Positions 25,947 through 39,636 of a stretch of DNA of 64,000 nucleotides are shown piece after piece. Made by a program: the position numbers and the translations under genes. Numbering within the stretch: the first letter of the stretch is position 1; every line of letters begins with the position of its first letter. The notes under the pieces were generated by a model, which had not been told where the DNA came from, made no database searches, and saw only the letters and a list, made by a program, of their open reading frames with translations. Source of the stretch: Octopus sinensis (lineage: Eukaryota); the NCBI RefSeq assembly GCF_006345805.1, contig NC_042998.1, forward strand, positions 151,156,001 through 151,220,000, read 5' to 3'.

Positions 25947-25950
<4 letters not shown>
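25640..25950 (+). mobile_element. Non-coding PLE-type 3' end or retrozyme-like short element with a minimal hammerhead motif
   Basis: Pyrimidine-rich body, hammerhead-like motif at 25818-25852, ends in (TA)n. Same layout as 51900-52110. Confidence 0.5.
25818..25852 (+). ncRNA. Minimal type I hammerhead-like motif (variant core)
   Basis: CCGACGA 25822-25828, extra A, GAGC-TCC-GCTC stem II, GAAA 25841-25844, CG, TC site 25847-25848. Stem I is imperfect. Confidence 0.55.
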
Positions 25951-26008
<58 letters not shown>

Positions 26009-26066
26009 CATGTATGTATGTGTCTATATATATATATATGTATATATATATATTATATATATATAT

Positions 26067-26098
<32 letters not shown>

Positions 26099-26685
26099 AT
26101 TTGTATGTGTATATATATATGTATATATGCATGTATGTATGTTTATAAATATGGCTACGCGGTTAAGAAGCCCGCTTAGCAACCATGTAGTTTCAGCTTC
26201 AGTCTCGCTGCCTGGTAACTTAACCAAGTATCTTCTCTTCTAGTCCTGGATCGATCAAAGCCTTGCGAGTGAATTTCGTAGATGGCAACTGTAAAGAAGC
26301 CCATCACAAACACACACATATACACACACGCCCCAATACAGAGAAAATTAGGAAGGCCTCTGCGCAAGGATGACACGCAAATTCGTGAAGCGTTCCATTT
26401 TTTCTATTCAAAGGCGATGCTCCAGCATAGCAACAGTCACATGACTGAAACAAATTAAAGAATAAAAGAGTAAAAGAACATGAATACGTCTATGTATGCA
26501 TATAATAAACGTCGTAACTGATGGAGCTGGCTCTGAATTCTATAAAAATCTATAGTTTATCACTTAAAATTGAGAACATCGCACTGCTAACTCAAAGAGT
26601 AAGGCACAATTTTGACTTGTAAATTTTTAATATATTTGTTTGTATATTATGGGTGCAAAACGAAATACTTTGTCTTTTCTAGTAA

Positions 26686-26774
<89 letters not shown>

Positions 26775-26899
26775 GGTTGTCGGTCTACCTATCTCTCTCT
26801 GCTTACATACATGTGTGTGTGTGTGTACGCGTACGTATGTATGTGTGTACGTGTACGTGAGTGTGTGTGTTTCTGTTGGAAACCATCTCTTAACCTGAC

Positions 26900-27720
26900 A
26901 GTCATAGGTTTTCCCTTAGGGTCTACTACTGTACCTTCTGTCTTACTGGACACACTCACAACATTTGTGGGTTGCCCCCTACCACTACATAAAAAATAAG
27001 TTGTCCCTGTACAGTGAAAGAGCTCCATTTATTATCCACCTTACCAGATGCTTTCACAACAGCTAGGGTTACACATTCCTAAAGTGGTCTTACAACAGCT
27101 TATTAATTATTTCCTGTGTTTTCATGTCCACGTTAGATAATACACGTTAAATAGCGATCATCTATCTTTTGAAGCATCTTGTCAGGGCTTCTGCTGAGCA
27201 GTCCTCTACTCCTTCAGACCAGCCTGCTGCAAGGGTCACCAATGACCAAACTATGGAACAGGTTCTACTGGAGTACAATGCTACTTGCAGTGTTCACAAA
27301 CACACACCAATTCAACTGTTTCCTTCTCTCATTCTCCACCTTCAAACTTACTACTTATCTAGATATCTGCCTATATTTGTGTTCCTCCATGTTTCACTAA
27401 ATTGATTTTACTGATAATATGATATATTTGCAGAGGGGTTGCAGTCATCTCAGCGAGCGAGGCAGGCTACTCTGAACTGACGATGAGCAATACACTCTGA
27501 AACATATGGCTTCAGGTGCCTTGTCCCGGCTTGCGGGGGTGATTGCCTCCTAAGGACACAGAAAATGTGTCAAAGTCGACAGGAGACGTCGATGTTTCCT
27601 AGGGCTAAATGGCGGTGGTGTAATTCCCTTAAGGGACTGTCACATTGAGTTGACAGTATACGACCACTATATCGCTCCACCACCGCTTATGTCTCTCTGA
27701 GACATTTAGAAATTCAATAT
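26900..27720 (+). mobile_element. Penelope-like element 3' part (GIY-YIG remnant plus pLTR with hammerhead)
   Basis: Frameshifted ISCPC..LTRCFHN..HIPK-W resembles the PLE GIY-YIG FxCxC..YIGRT.R....EHIPKW. Followed by a hammerhead fold at 27471-27516 and (TA)n. Confidence 0.55.
27471..27516 (+). ncRNA. Type I hammerhead ribozyme relic
   Basis: Stem I TCTGAA/TTCAGG; CTGACGA 27477-27483; GAG/CTC stem II; GAAA 27499-27502; palindromic CATATG stem III. The U16.1 position is G, probably inactivating. Confidence 0.65.
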
Positions 27721-28150
27721 TTCTAATTTATATATATATATATATGTTTGTGCGTGTGTACATTCGCACTCACTCATATATACATATAGACATGTATACG
27801 CGCACATATACACACACGCACGCGCGCACATATAGGCATATATTGTTATCGGTCTCATAATTACTTTTGTCAGCATAGCTGTATACAGGATTGGCTAGAT
27901 GCTCTCTCTCTCTCTCTCTCCCTCTGTCTTTCTTCCTCCCCCTCCCTCTCTAAGTTGACTAATTAAACAAAACTACTCCAATTTATATTTGACAACCATT
28001 CAGTCAGTGTCATTTATAAACATAATTAATATACTTAATTAAATCAAATTAGCTTTTTCTAAATAAAATTTTAATTTAGTTTCAGGATTAATTGAAGATT
28101 TTAATGGAGGAGTCGTGTTTTAAAGAAAGTTGGAACACACTTATACGCAC

Positions 28151-28181
<31 letters not shown>

Positions 28182-28341
28182 TGTATGTATGTATGTATCT
28201 ATTGTGAATGTAAATATGTGTGTATGTATGCATGTATGTATGTGTGCGTGTATGTATACATGTGTGAATATGTGTATGTATCTCTCGCTCTCTCTTTCTC
28301 TCTCTCTATGTGTGTGTGTGTGAGTGTTTCACTCGGTCTTG

Positions 28342-29290
28342 TGTTACTTTAAGTTTCGTGGTCGTAGGACACAACCACCTTGCCAGGCGTTCGGAGATAG
28401 AGTAGAGATTGAAAGGAAATCAAAGTGGCTTCTAAATACTCAGACCTTTATTGATCAGCTCAGTTTATATGGTCGTTATGCTTTCAAACCGACATCAGTT
28501 ATTTTCTTCAGTTTTAGGATCAAATATTGCAGCCAGGATGTCGGTGCCACTTTGTTAGCAGCGCTCAATCTGATATATTCAGCTCGGTACCTCAAGTGGT
28601 GGCGTAGAAAAGATATTGGCGCCAGACAGTAGATCAATCATCATCCTGTAAAGTTTGAAAACATTAACGCTAGCTGTTATTACGTAGTGCTACAAATGAG
28701 GCCACATGACCAAAATGAATAGGCTCTAGTCTAAACAGAGAACTGGGATTGTATACCCTACATTTGAATGATGATCAGCTAGGCCTAGAGTGGTATATCT
28801 GGGTTATCAGCGGTCAGAGGTTCGTTAACAAGTCGAATGTTTGGTAGTAATAATAAGATAGCCCATTCTTCCTATAAGTGGAGTAACTGTAGTTTCTCAC
28901 GGGTGGAGAGTTGGCAATTATGAACTCCTGGTGCGTAAGGAGGAGGCCTTATCAAGGCTACTTCCTTTGATCTTGGCAAAATCATTTCGATGGGTCCACA
29001 GTTTCCAGATGAAGCGGAACTGGGAGATAGAATTTTCATCATCGTTTCATCTGCTCTCCTTCAGGTTTAAGGATGAGGAACATAATATACTGCAAAGAAG
29101 ATAACTTAATGTTCAGTGTTTTCTCATAGTTATATCTCATAGTTTTCTCATAGTCATCTCTATCTCGATATGTATGACTTTGTCTACTGTTATTATTTGT
29201 TAGCATCGGTGGCGGTGATTCATAGAAACGCTTTACGAGAAGAATAGTGCGTGACAGGAAGATGAGCACTACAAGAAGGGTACATATAAG
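28342..29290 (-). mobile_element. Penelope-like element 3' part (GIY-YIG remnant plus pLTR-like UTR)
   Basis: Frameshifted RYNYEKTLN / FIWKL..IKGSSLDKA / PPYAPGVHNCQLSTREKLQLL matches the PLE endonuclease pattern RYNNH..F, YIWKLK..IKW.I..KA, Y..G...C.LC..EK. TATAAA then AATAAA on the minus strand near 28470-28445. Confidence 0.6.
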
Positions 29291-29514
29291 AAATGGTTAT
29301 GAGGTCTGAAATACAGGTTATGTACATACGAGAATGAACAATTCTAAAAATTTTACAACTGAAAAATTCAATCTACAACGAAATCATCTTCGGTATAAAA
29401 GTGTTGCAACAGACATCTAATGTTCTCCAGCTGACCAGTTAGCAAGTGAATACATGGGAGATAATCTTCTGTTAGAAAGGAAATACAGTTTTTAGTAGTT
29501 ATAAAATACTACTA

Positions 29515-29555
<41 letters not shown>

Positions 29556-29561
29556 CTGTTG

Positions 29562-29605
<44 letters not shown>

Positions 29606-29778
29606 GCTACTACTACTACTACTACTACTACTACTAATAATAATAATAATAATAATGATAATAATAATAATGATAATAATAATAACAACAACAACAACAA
29701 CTACAACAACAACAACTACAACAACAATAATAATAATAATAATAATAATAATGGTGATGATGATGATGATAATGATAA

Positions 29779-30668
29779 TTTCATTTATTTGCCACCAGGC
29801 GAAAGATGAGGGGCACAATGCAAAGATAGACATAAAGTATGGCGGTTTACATATAATGAAATGATAAAATAAATAAGTAACAAAAAAAGTAAGTATACAT
29901 GGCATACAGTTAAAAGAAAGGAAAATATACAACGATTAAAAAATGTGGGGGTGATAGAGATGTAGTCCTCTTGATACAGGATGACCTCTAGGGGTAATCG
30001 AGGAACCCCACTGTCCAAGATTTCCCTGAACATCAAGAGTAAGTGCCTTCTCCAATTCCCTTTCTCCGACACACAGGTCTACACTTAGAGAGGTACTATC
30101 CACTCTTGCCATTTTCGCGGCTTTCACCCACCTTTCAATAAACTCACTCGAGGACTGCACTTCCCTCTCCGCCCTCAATTTCTTCAAGTGACACTTGAAG
30201 AAGTCAATGAAACCTCTACCAAAGAGGAATGTATCGGTCCACATGCCTTTGAGCCTCGTCCAGCAATCTCTTTCACCACTGCTACCAGGCAAAGGAAAAC
30301 TACATTGCCGGCCTGATTAAAGGGGGGCGACGAGGTATTCATCACGGATCCGTCCCACATGTGACAGCAACTGTTCGACATACCATAACTCAGCAACGCC
30401 CGGAAACCGGACGAGTGAATACAGACGAGCGCGTGCTTCTTCAATCTGCGCGAAACCTCGAACAAGCCCGTCTGACAAGCACGTCCGTGCCTGTAGAGTT
30501 TATCTTGAACCGGTAGTGCCCCACCCTCTCTAGTACTGCGAGGACATTTTGAAATTATCCATGATAGTTCCTTCCCCAAAAGTCCTCTAGAACAGGCCTA
30601 GCCAGTTCGTTTTCGTCGGCACCCAGAGCCTCCCCGAGAATGTCATCGCAATTCCCCACCACTAATCC
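29779..30668 (-). mobile_element. Tx1-like copy 5, 5'-truncated, in an (AAT)/(ATG) array
   Basis: GALPVQDKLYRHG and FFKCHLKKLRAERE match the C-terminus of copies 2-4. The conserved 3' motif ggtggcaaataaatgaaa is present. Confidence 0.85.
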
Positions 30669-30702
30669 ATAATAAAATAATAATATAATAATAATAATAA
30701 TA

Positions 30703-30734
<32 letters not shown>

Positions 30735-30735
<1 letters not shown>

Positions 30736-31090
30736 GGTCATAGGTGCCCTGGGAATGATAGCAAAAGGGGCTGATAGCTACCTAACTCAGATACCAGGAA
30801 ACCCCAAAATGGCAGAAGTTCAAAAGATAGTGCTCATGGGAACTGCTCATATCCTACGCAAAATACTCTCTATGTAATCTCAAGGTTTAAAACAAACATA
30901 ATTTTCGGTTTAAAAAAAAAAAAAAAAAAACTTTTTTTTTTAGACATTCATTAGTACAACATCCCCACCCCCCAAATATATGGCACACTAGGCATAACAA
31001 CAACATGAACTTCCAACCCTGTTGTCTCTTGAGGTCTCTGGATGAGACTTGGAGCCAACTTGTACAAATATAAAGCAAAAGTCAAACATA

Positions 31091-31095
<5 letters not shown>
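30735..31095 (+). mobile_element. R4/Dong-like short 3' fragment
   Basis: VIGALGMIAKGADSYLTQIPGNPKMAEVQKIVLMGTAHILRKILSM* plus UTR, between (AAT)n arrays. Confidence 0.8.
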
Positions 31096-31174
<79 letters not shown>

Positions 31175-31175
<1 letters not shown>

Positions 31176-33183
31176 CTGAAGACAGCCACAGAAAGAAGAA
31201 AGGCCTCAGTATGGCCTGGATTGACTACAAAAAGGCGTTTGATAGCATCCCCCACACATGGATCCTCGAAACACTAGCCATTAACAAAGTAGCACCAACA
31301 ATCATAAAATTCATAGAGCACTCTATGAATAAATGGCAAACAGTCCTACACCTCCAAACAAAAGAGGGACTCATGAAAACCAAAGACATCCCCATTAGAA
31401 GAGGAATATTCCAGGAGACACGCTCTCTCCACTCCTTTTCTGCTTGGCACTGTCACCTCTATCTGATATGCTAAATAGAACTGGATGCGGATATAAATGT
31501 TACGGCAAAACGATCAGCCACCTTTTATATATGGATGACCTAAAACTATACGCTGCAAATGACAAACAGCTGGAAACACTATTAAAGACAGTTCATGGAT
31601 TTACCAAAGAAATAGATATGAAATTTGGATTAGAAAAATGCGCCAAAGTAACCCTGAAAAGAGGAAAACTAGTTAAGAGTAACAACATCACACTAGATAA
31701 AACCAATGAAATAAAAGAATTAGACCAAAGCCAAACTTACAAATACTTAGGAATCCATGAACTAGATAAGACACAACACACACAAATGAAAGAGAAAATA
31801 AAAAAAGAATATTATAGACGAGTTAGATCAATACTAAAAACAGAGCTCAATGCTAAAAACAAGATAATAGGTATCAACACTTTAGCTGTCCCAGTTATAA
31901 GTTACAGCTACAATATCCTTAACTGGACACGAACTGAACTGACCAAAATAGATAGGAAAACAAGAAAAATAATGACAGGATCTAGGATGCATCACCCAAA
32001 ATCTGACATAGAAAGACTATATATACAACGTATAGAAGGTGGTAGAGGCCTTATACAGCTGGAAAACTACTATAAAATAACCACCATAGGACTGCAAAAA
32101 TATCTACTTCAGAAGGAAGGAAAACTGATCCAGATAGCGGCAAAACACGAGCAAAACAAAAAACTGTTCTCAGTATTTAAGGAAGCTGACAAATACAAAC
32201 AAGAAATCATACCACCTAATAAACACGAAGAAGAAGAAGAAGATGATGAAGAAACAACAAAAGCTATAAAACAAATGAAATCCAAACTAAAAACAGAACA
32301 GCAACGAACCATGATAAAACGATGGCAAGAAAAGCCCCATCATGGTAAATACTAGACTAAACTAAACGCAAAAGAAATAGACAAAGAAAAATCCCAGCAA
32401 TGGTTGAGAAGCTCAGGACTCAAAGCAGAAACTGAGGGATTTTTAATTGCAGCACAAGACCAAAGCCTCCCCACCAGAAATTACCAAAAACATGTAATGA
32501 AAAGAAATATTACAAGTAACTGCAGAATATGTGGAGATGGACAAGAAACAATAAATCATATTATCTCTAGCTGCCCAGTCCTGGCTAAGAAGGAATATAT
32601 TCACAGACATGACAGAGTTGGAACCTATATACAGTGGAAGCTATGCCAACATTATGGAATAACAACAGAAAAAAGATGGTATAGGCACACACCAGAAAAG
32701 GTCACAGAAAACGAGAAAGCAACCATACTCTGGGATATGCCGATACACACAGATAGAGAAATTAAGGCCAACAGACCAGATATAGTTGTCAGAGATCATG
32801 AAGAAAAAAAATGCTTTCTAATTGATGTATCAATACCGGCAGATGACAATGTGTCTCTAAAAGAAATGGAGAAACTCTCAAAATACAAAGACCTGGAAAT
32901 AGAGGTAACTAGAATGTGGAATCTGAAAACAGAAACAATTCCTATCATAGTAGGTGCATTAGGCATGATAAAAAATATTCAGACAAATACATAACAAAAA
33001 CACCAGGACTTACAAACACATATAACATACAGAAAATTGCACTACTAGGCACTGCACACATCCTACGCAGGACACTTTCCATACAATAACCATCAGTGCA
33101 TCACAACAAATCACAGCACATACCCAAGGCACACAGAGCTGCGCTCGGTAGTGAAGTGAAAGCACGCTATAAAAATAAAACTA

Positions 33184-33186
<3 letters not shown>
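31175..33186 (+). mobile_element. R4/Dong-like non-LTR retrotransposon, 5'-truncated and lightly mutated
   Basis: RT motifs (WIDYKKAFDSIPH, RGIFQ, HLLYMDDLKLY, YKYLGI), CCHC (CRICGDGQETINHIISSC) and REL nuclease (NRPDIVV...IDVSIP...EKLSKY). Two frameshifts and one stop. (AAT)n on both sides. Confidence 0.93.
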
Positions 33187-33261
<75 letters not shown>

Positions 33262-33262
<1 letters not shown>

Positions 33263-35133
33263 GGATCAACTCCTGATAGACAAAACTATACTTAGAGACT
33301 GCAAGAAGAGGAAAAGCAACTTAGTCATGTCACAGATCGACTATTGTAAGGCGTACGAAATGATACCACATTCTTGGATTGTGGAATGTATGAACCTATT
33401 TGGTATTGCATCGAATGTTGAGCGATTGCTTGGAAAAAGTATGGTTAGTTGGAGGACGGACCTGACATTATAGGGTTTAGGGACAATAGAAATCAGGCGG
33501 GGCATATTCCAAGGAGACTGCCAGTTCCTACTGATCTTTGTACTGTGCTTGATACCACTAACACTGATTCCGAGGAAATCAAAAGCTGGGTATGTATTCA
33601 AAAGCCGCCAACAAAAAGTCAACCATTTGTTATTCATGGATGACTTCAAACTTTGTGGTAAAGATGAAGCCCAAGTCAGTTCCCTCATTGATATGGTATA
33701 TACTTTCAGCACTGATATCAGAATGGAGTTCGGACTGAGAAAGTGTGGTGTGTTAGTCTTGAAGAGAGGCAAAATCAAATGTATAGACGGGCTAACGATA
33801 CCGTCAGCAGGAGGTTGTGAAGCAGATGGAAGAGACGGGCTATAAGTACTTGGGGATTTGGGAAATGGATAAATTAATGGAGAAAGAAAGAAATGACAGA
33901 AAAATGTAAGGTGGAGTATTTGCGCAGACAGAGACTTATACTTAAGTCGAAATTAAACGGACGAAATAAGATGGAAGCTATCAACACCTGGGCGATTTCA
34001 CTCCTTAGATATGGAGCAGGGGTAATCACATGGACAGTAGACGATCTAAACGACTTCGACAGAAAGACAAGAAAGTTGCTAACTAGATATGGGACACTCC
34101 ACCCAAAAAGTGACACAGACAGATTGTATGTACCAAGAAAAAGAGGGGGAAGAGTACTTATTGAAGGCGAACACAGCATTAGAGCAAAATAAGACAACAT
34201 AGCATGGTATGTAAAAAATGCCACAGAATCGCTATTATTAGAAGTAAGGTCAGGCTTGTGTAGGATGAAAGATTGCAAATATAAAGCACTGTACAAGGAA
34301 TTGAAAACTAAGGAAACTGAAAATAGGTTGGTAAAGAAAAGAATGCATGGGCAATTTTCATATGGATGTTGGAGATAAGACAGAGAAAAAAGATGGCTAT
34401 GAAGGACTACAAGTAATTTAAAAGCGGAAACAGAGGCTGTAATCTGTGCTGCCCAAGAGCAAGCACTAAGAACAAATTACATAAAATGCAGAATAGACAA
34501 CACATCAGAAAGTGATAAGTGCAGAATTTTGTGGGCAAAACGGTGAAACTGTATGACATATTACCAGTTAATGTACGCCACTAGCCCAGAAGGAATATAA
34601 CAGACGCCACGACAATATAGTAAGGCTTGTCCATTTGACACTTTGCAACAAGAATGGACTTGACAGAGCAAAAACTTGGTAAGACCATAAATCCCAAGGC
34701 ATCATCGAAAATGATAATGCAATGATCCTGTGGAATTTTGCCAAACATAGTCTTAATTGAGAAAGTAAGCAAACTATGCTGGATCATAGATATAGCATGC
34801 CCAGCTCACAACAAGGTATGTGATAAGGAAGAAAAAAAGTCGATAGATATGACAGGTTAGCTTGGAAGGTTAAGCAGTTGTGATCGATGTAAAATGTGGT
34901 AGTAGTCCCATATCTAGTACTCGGAGCCATGAGAACAGTGAGTAAAAATCTTGAGAAGTACATGGAACAAATAGCGGCTGCAATAAGGGTGGAGCACTTG
35001 CAGAAAACAGCACTGCTTGGAAACGCTCAAATACTCCGGAAGGTGCTCGAAGAATAAGGGGTGTTACCTTAGTTGACTGGTAGTGAACAGCTGAAACCAT
35101 AGTACTTCTCCAGCGTTAGAAGCTGTGTAAAGG
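33262..35133 (+). mobile_element. Second, more degenerate R4/Dong-like family, 5'-truncated
   Basis: IDYCKAYEMIPHSWI, HLLFMDDFKLC, HPKSDTDRLYVPRKRGGR, KAETEAVICAAQEQ. Followed by (AAT)/(ATG)n. Confidence 0.88.
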
Positions 35134-35159
35134 CAATGATAATGATGATAATGATGATG

Positions 35160-35190
<31 letters not shown>

Positions 35191-35198
35191 TGATGATG

Positions 35199-35311
<113 letters not shown>

Positions 35312-35853
35312 AATAATAATAATAATACGCAATACCAGGCTGTGGCTCTCATGGCTCATGATCATACCTAATTGGAAGTGTTATCATGTACATGTTTTGT
35401 CTTGGTGCAAAAAATGGGCTACAGAAAATATTCTGCTCAATACCACAGATTTTATTGTCAGTTGTTTGACCATAACCAGTTGAGCATGTCCTTTGGTGGC
35501 TAACGATATGTCCATCTGTGATCACGAGCAGAATTAGTGGGAGAGAATCATAGCTATGTGTTGCGAGGAATTTTTCGGAGTTTGAATAATTCACCTCTGG
35601 AAGCATGGGTGCTTCGAACATCTTTAAACAACAATTTTTCAGGAACCTTTTGAGGGGGAGGGGCTATTAGACCCGGAGAAATTTCTCATTGGTCACCACC
35701 TGCAAGGACATACGTTGTTTATCTTGATATGAGGTCACCATGTAGCGCACATGTGGCTGTGATTCATGTGCCTGGTGTACCCTTGTCAGACGGGTAGTCA
35801 TGATGGGTATGTTGGGGTTCGTATATTTGACGGCATGCACTGTTCACTCAATA

Positions 35854-35908
<55 letters not shown>

Positions 35909-35922
35909 TGATGATAATAATA

Positions 35923-35953
<31 letters not shown>

Positions 35954-35961
35954 TAATAATA

Positions 35962-36028
<67 letters not shown>

Positions 36029-36050
36029 AATGGTGATGATGATGATGATG

Positions 36051-36082
<32 letters not shown>

Positions 36083-36168
36083 TTCACCTATGGTGAAATT
36101 TACTTGGTGGAATTTACCGGTCACCATATAAACATACATATATGGAATACTTGTATACATACACATAC

Positions 36169-36207
<39 letters not shown>

Positions 36208-36818
36208 TATGTATATACTAACATACATATAGATATAGATAAATATATAAATACTTAATATGTATACACACATCTATGCATACATACAATACACATACGC
36301 CCCTCCATACATTAAAATACATGATTCAACACAAGGCATTCCGTTTAAAATTCCCACCTAGTCCAAACATAACAGATTTGATATATTTGCCTCTGGTAGC
36401 AAAGGAAGACTGAGTACAATGTTAAATATCAGATGTACCTTGATATCAGTGAGAAAGAGAGAATAATTTGAAAGCTATAGTGTATCTACATAGTTTATAC
36501 GTTCACGTTTAGGGAAGCACAATTATATATGAAGGAATCTCAAAAAGCTAACAGGTTTCAGACAAAAAATGAACTAGTTAACACATACTTTGCAAATACA
36601 ATTTTTTAGTGAAACAGTAAAAATATGCAAGAATGTCTTAAAGTTCAACATATAATTTGTCACTGTTGTTGTTATGTAAAGGATAACGATAGAATTTTGT
36701 TTCTTAGAGTTCATTTTTTTTACAAGAATTATTTAAATAATTAAGATAAGAAATATAACAACCGTGCTCAAGCCCACACAAATGCGCGCGCGCGCACACG
36801 CGCGCACACACACACACA

Positions 36819-36868
<50 letters not shown>

Positions 36869-37640
36869 GGACGTGGACACGCTCGGTTATCGAACAAAAC
36901 TCCTCACAATTTCGATGTCTTATCTATAAAATTGTTCATTTTAGCACCGTCAACGGCAAAACGTAGTTGGTATATAAGTGAGCGGCCATCAAGAATAGAA
37001 TGAGAATAGCGCAAAATAAATAAATAAAACGGGGTCTGTAGACCGAACAGTAAAATATAGAAAAGGAACATCAAGGACGGTAACGAAAGCAATTGAATAA
37101 TAAACGACACAAGTATTGTTTTATATACGTTCGTAGAAGGCCTTTCGGCTATAAAACAATACATGTGCAAAGCGAAAACATAAGCAAAGAAACTTAACTC
37201 AGGAATTTCTTACATATAAATATACGCAGAAGGACTTTCGGCTATAAAACGCTAACAGGAAAGAATGACATGGGAAGAAAAGTAGAAAAGTAAGACAAAC
37301 AGGGGAACAAAGTAGATATGGCGAGGGGTTGAAAAAGACCCAGCTGACCGAGTGAGTGGTCAGACAGCAAAAGTAGTGAAGAAATGATATGACCACGTGG
37401 TACTTATATGAGAGGAAAAAGAGAGAACGAGTAATGAAGGGTAGAAATAAAGCAGAGGAGACGGGATAGCTGTACAAAGAAGAGAGAGTTGGATGAATCG
37501 AAAGAAAGAGTTGAGAAGCTTGGTGCAGAACAGATACGTAGCCTTGTAGTGGATTTGGTAGACGGAAACTGAAAGAAACCCGTCGTATATATATATGTAT
37601 ATATATATATATATATATCTATATATATATTATATATATG

Positions 37641-37671
<31 letters not shown>

Positions 37672-37696
37672 GTATGTATATATATATATGTATATA

Positions 37697-37747
<51 letters not shown>

Positions 37748-37975
37748 CATATATATATATATATTGAGATAGGGGTTGTAAATTCAACCCTCCATGGGAT
37801 AACATATATCCAATATGATGTAATTGTATTTTATATTTCTATTCCATGTCTAGTTATATTTGCAATATATTACGTATAATGTCATTGCTGTTATGTAATG
37901 GTGTAATAAAGTATTGATTGGGTATTATCTGATGGTTGATGATTGATTTAGGTATGTTTGTCCATTTTCTCATTT

Positions 37976-38031
<56 letters not shown>

Positions 38032-38032
<1 letters not shown>

Positions 38033-38320
38033 TAGCAGTATCGCCGGCGTTGCTCGGGTTGTAAGGGAAATGACTATATAAGCATTTTTAGAGAGTTATA
38101 GCCAAAAAATAGCAAAAAAATGCATTAAAATGGAAAAATATGATGGTAATTTTTTTTAAATCGTAGACTCATCGTAGACGCGCACTAATACCCAGAAGGG
38201 CTCGATATGAATCACGACTATAAGATACCCGCTTTTGGTTAAACTGCACCGCAAAATGTGGGAGTAGTTACGAATCTAAATCGTAGGAGACAGACACACA
38301 ACTTCACTCTTATATAAAGA
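38032..38320 (-). mobile_element. Non-autonomous Helitron, family A copy 1 (289 bp)
   Basis: On the minus strand: A|TC start, 3' GC-rich hairpin cccgagcaacgccgg, CTAG|T end, no TSD. Confidence 0.8.
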
Positions 38321-38682
38321 TGCTTTTTTTTTTCAGTCATAGAGTTAGATTTATGAAGGACTTCAGTAGAAAATCCTTCGAATTCTGACTCGCTGCTTGA
38401 TATAATGAAATTCGTATCCATTTTTTGTCAGAATTACAAATTTTGAAAACACAATAGGAACAAATTTCGGAAAAAAATCTCCCTTAATTCACGGAATTAA
38501 AATTACACTTCGATTTTTGTACAAAACTGTAGTTGAACTGTTTACGAAGTATAATACGTGTTTTCACGAATGTTCTAAAGAGATTTACTCTGATATTCTC
38601 ATTTAAATATGAATAGGTAAATTCGGGCGGCTTGGTCACATTAACCAAAATTTTTTTCAGGCGGTTTGGTAACGAAAGGGTT
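38321..38682 (-). mobile_element. piggyBac-like element 5' end fragment
   Basis: On the minus strand: TTAA|CCCTTT terminus at ~38682, then ORF start MDTNFIISSSESEFEGF (acidic N-terminus typical of piggyBac transposases), cut by the Helitron. No partner TIR seen. Confidence 0.55.
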
Positions 38683-39139
38683 AAACGGATGCATACATTT
38701 ATTAATAACTATATATAAGTGTCGTCTGTTTATACATAAACACTGTTTCATACTGCAATTATATATACATATATCTATATATATATTATATAATAAAATA
38801 TATACAGAGTAAAATAAAAACCAATTTACCTTTTCTGTATTGTTATTCGACCGTCCGTGTGTCTTTGCAAAGGTGTTGGAATGATAAGTGAGTTGTGTTT
38901 TGGCGCCTTTTTTTACTAATAACAAACACACACGTGTTTGTATGTAGTTGTTTGAAACGTTTGTGTTTGCCACTCTCATATATGTATGTGTATGCGTGTG
39001 TGTGAGGAATGACACACACACACTCACGCACGCACACATGTACATCAATGCTTTTATGAGCGTCACAGAGAGAAACAAATATTACATCGCCATAGCCATC
39101 GCCATCGCCATAGCCATCGCCATCGCCATAGCCATCGCC

Positions 39140-39559
<420 letters not shown>

Positions 39560-39636
39560 CATACATACATATATATATACATATATACATATACACATAT
39601 ATATATATGTATATGTATATATGTATTTATATAATA

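Noticed and set aside
28342-28700. Solo LTR (TGTTAC terminus, TATA and AATAAA)
   Set aside because: No second terminus or TSD was found, and the adjacent GIY-YIG remnant points to a PLE end.
37120-37260. Duplicated gaagg(c/a)ctttcggctataaaac, possibly tandem pLTR ribozymes on the minus strand
   Set aside because: No CUGANGA core can be recognised; only a short direct repeat is supported.
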